Of a stretch of DNA of 64,000 bases, positions 63,394 to 64,000 are shown piece after piece. A program made the translations under genes and the position numbers. Under the pieces are notes generated by a model. The model was not told the DNA's origin, did not search any database, and saw nothing but the letters and a program-made list of their open reading frames with translations. The stretch is from Euglena gracilis (Eukaryota), in assembly GCA_039621445.1 (NCBI GenBank), contig CP154954.1, positions 47,285,847 to 47,349,846 of the forward strand, given 5' to 3'. Numbering within the stretch: the stretch's first letter is position 1; the number at the start of each line of letters is the position of its first letter.

Positions 63394-64000
63394 GGACGCC
63401 GGGGTCATGTTTTTGAGGGGTTTACATCCTCGGGCATCGAAAACCCCCAAAGTATTTTGCATAACCCAACCACATCTTCACATGGAGAATATTACCGTGG
63501 TGGAGAATGTGTATCTTTGTCTTCCAATCCCTTCACCTCAGGTTCAAAATCAGGCAATGAAGAGTGTGCAATATCGAAGACGAGCAATGGTGCCAATTCA
63601 ATGATTTCAATGAATTCATCCTCGACAACCAACTCGAGAAGACAAGTGGCCTTGAGCCTTGAGGCCTTGAGTGGCCAATGGCAGCCCGTGTCGAGGAAGG
63701 GCAAACCGTGGACCAGGTGTGCAAGCCAGGAGAGTGCACGGCCCAGGTTCAACAATTATTATGGTTGTTTGAGCAAAAGACCATCCATCAAAGGTGTGGG
63801 AAGTTGGAAAGTTCCCAAGGCGTTGGATTTGTTTTCGGGAAAAGGGTCTGTTGGGAGGTGTTTGGGGGAAAACGGGTACCAGGTGGTATCCTTGGATGTG
63901 AACCCAAAATTTCACCCAACCCACGTTACGGATATTCTGGAGTGGAATTATCGAAAATACCCCCGTGGATATTTTCAAGTCATAACGGCAAGTGTGCCTT
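63394..64000 (+). CDS. C5-cytosine DNA methyltransferase domain, N-terminal part (open to window end)
   Basis: Frame open from 63394. From 63817 it reads KALDLFSGKGSVGRCLGENGYQVVSLDVNPKFHPTHVTDILEWNYRKYPRGYFQVITASVP: motif I FxGxG, motif II D, motif III DI and the start of motif IV. The next codon begins with T, which is compatible with the catalytic Cys. Confidence 0.82.

Larger units (their letters stand above)
58700..64000 (+). mobile_element. Retroelement D (5' part): gag-like ORFs followed by a C5 DNA methyltransferase domain
   Basis: Abrupt junction with the DIRS RNase H. Coiled-coil-like ORF, capsid-like PKFSGKSQDWQQF and a G/K-rich tail, then MTase motifs. Class cannot be fixed because RT lies outside the window. 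Confidence 0.7.

Overview
Eukaryotic, repeat-rich DNA, most likely from a photosynthetic euglenid. This is inferred from a mix of GT-AG and Euglena-type non-conventional introns and a plastid-type presequence. (1) 1-31.9 kb is a nest of giant Ty3/gypsy chromodomain LTR retrotransposons. Element A is complete (30-16840, minus strand, ~427-bp LTRs, CAGAT target-site duplication, tRNA-iMet-type PBS, PPT). It is inserted into a plus-strand fragment of related family B, which is joined tail-to-tail to an LTR-less minus-strand B copy. Both families share four features: an in-frame UAG plus a conserved hairpin between gag and pol, a Dam-like adenine-methyltransferase domain between protease and RT, a C-terminal chromodomain, and a conserved ~1,800-codon extra ORF with Cys/His clusters preceded by a splice acceptor. 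(2) 33-55 kb holds three intron-split host genes on the plus strand (the 3' part of a GST, a TLDc-domain protein, and a LOG-family protein) among MITEs and microsatellites. (3) 55.9-64 kb holds a decayed DIRS-type RT/RNase H element, cut off by another retroelement. The gag-like ORF of that element continues past a single UAG into a C5-cytosine DNA methyltransferase domain that runs off the window end and is absent from the ORF track. Many frameshifts may be long-read errors. All family calls come from motif recognition by eye; no searches were run.
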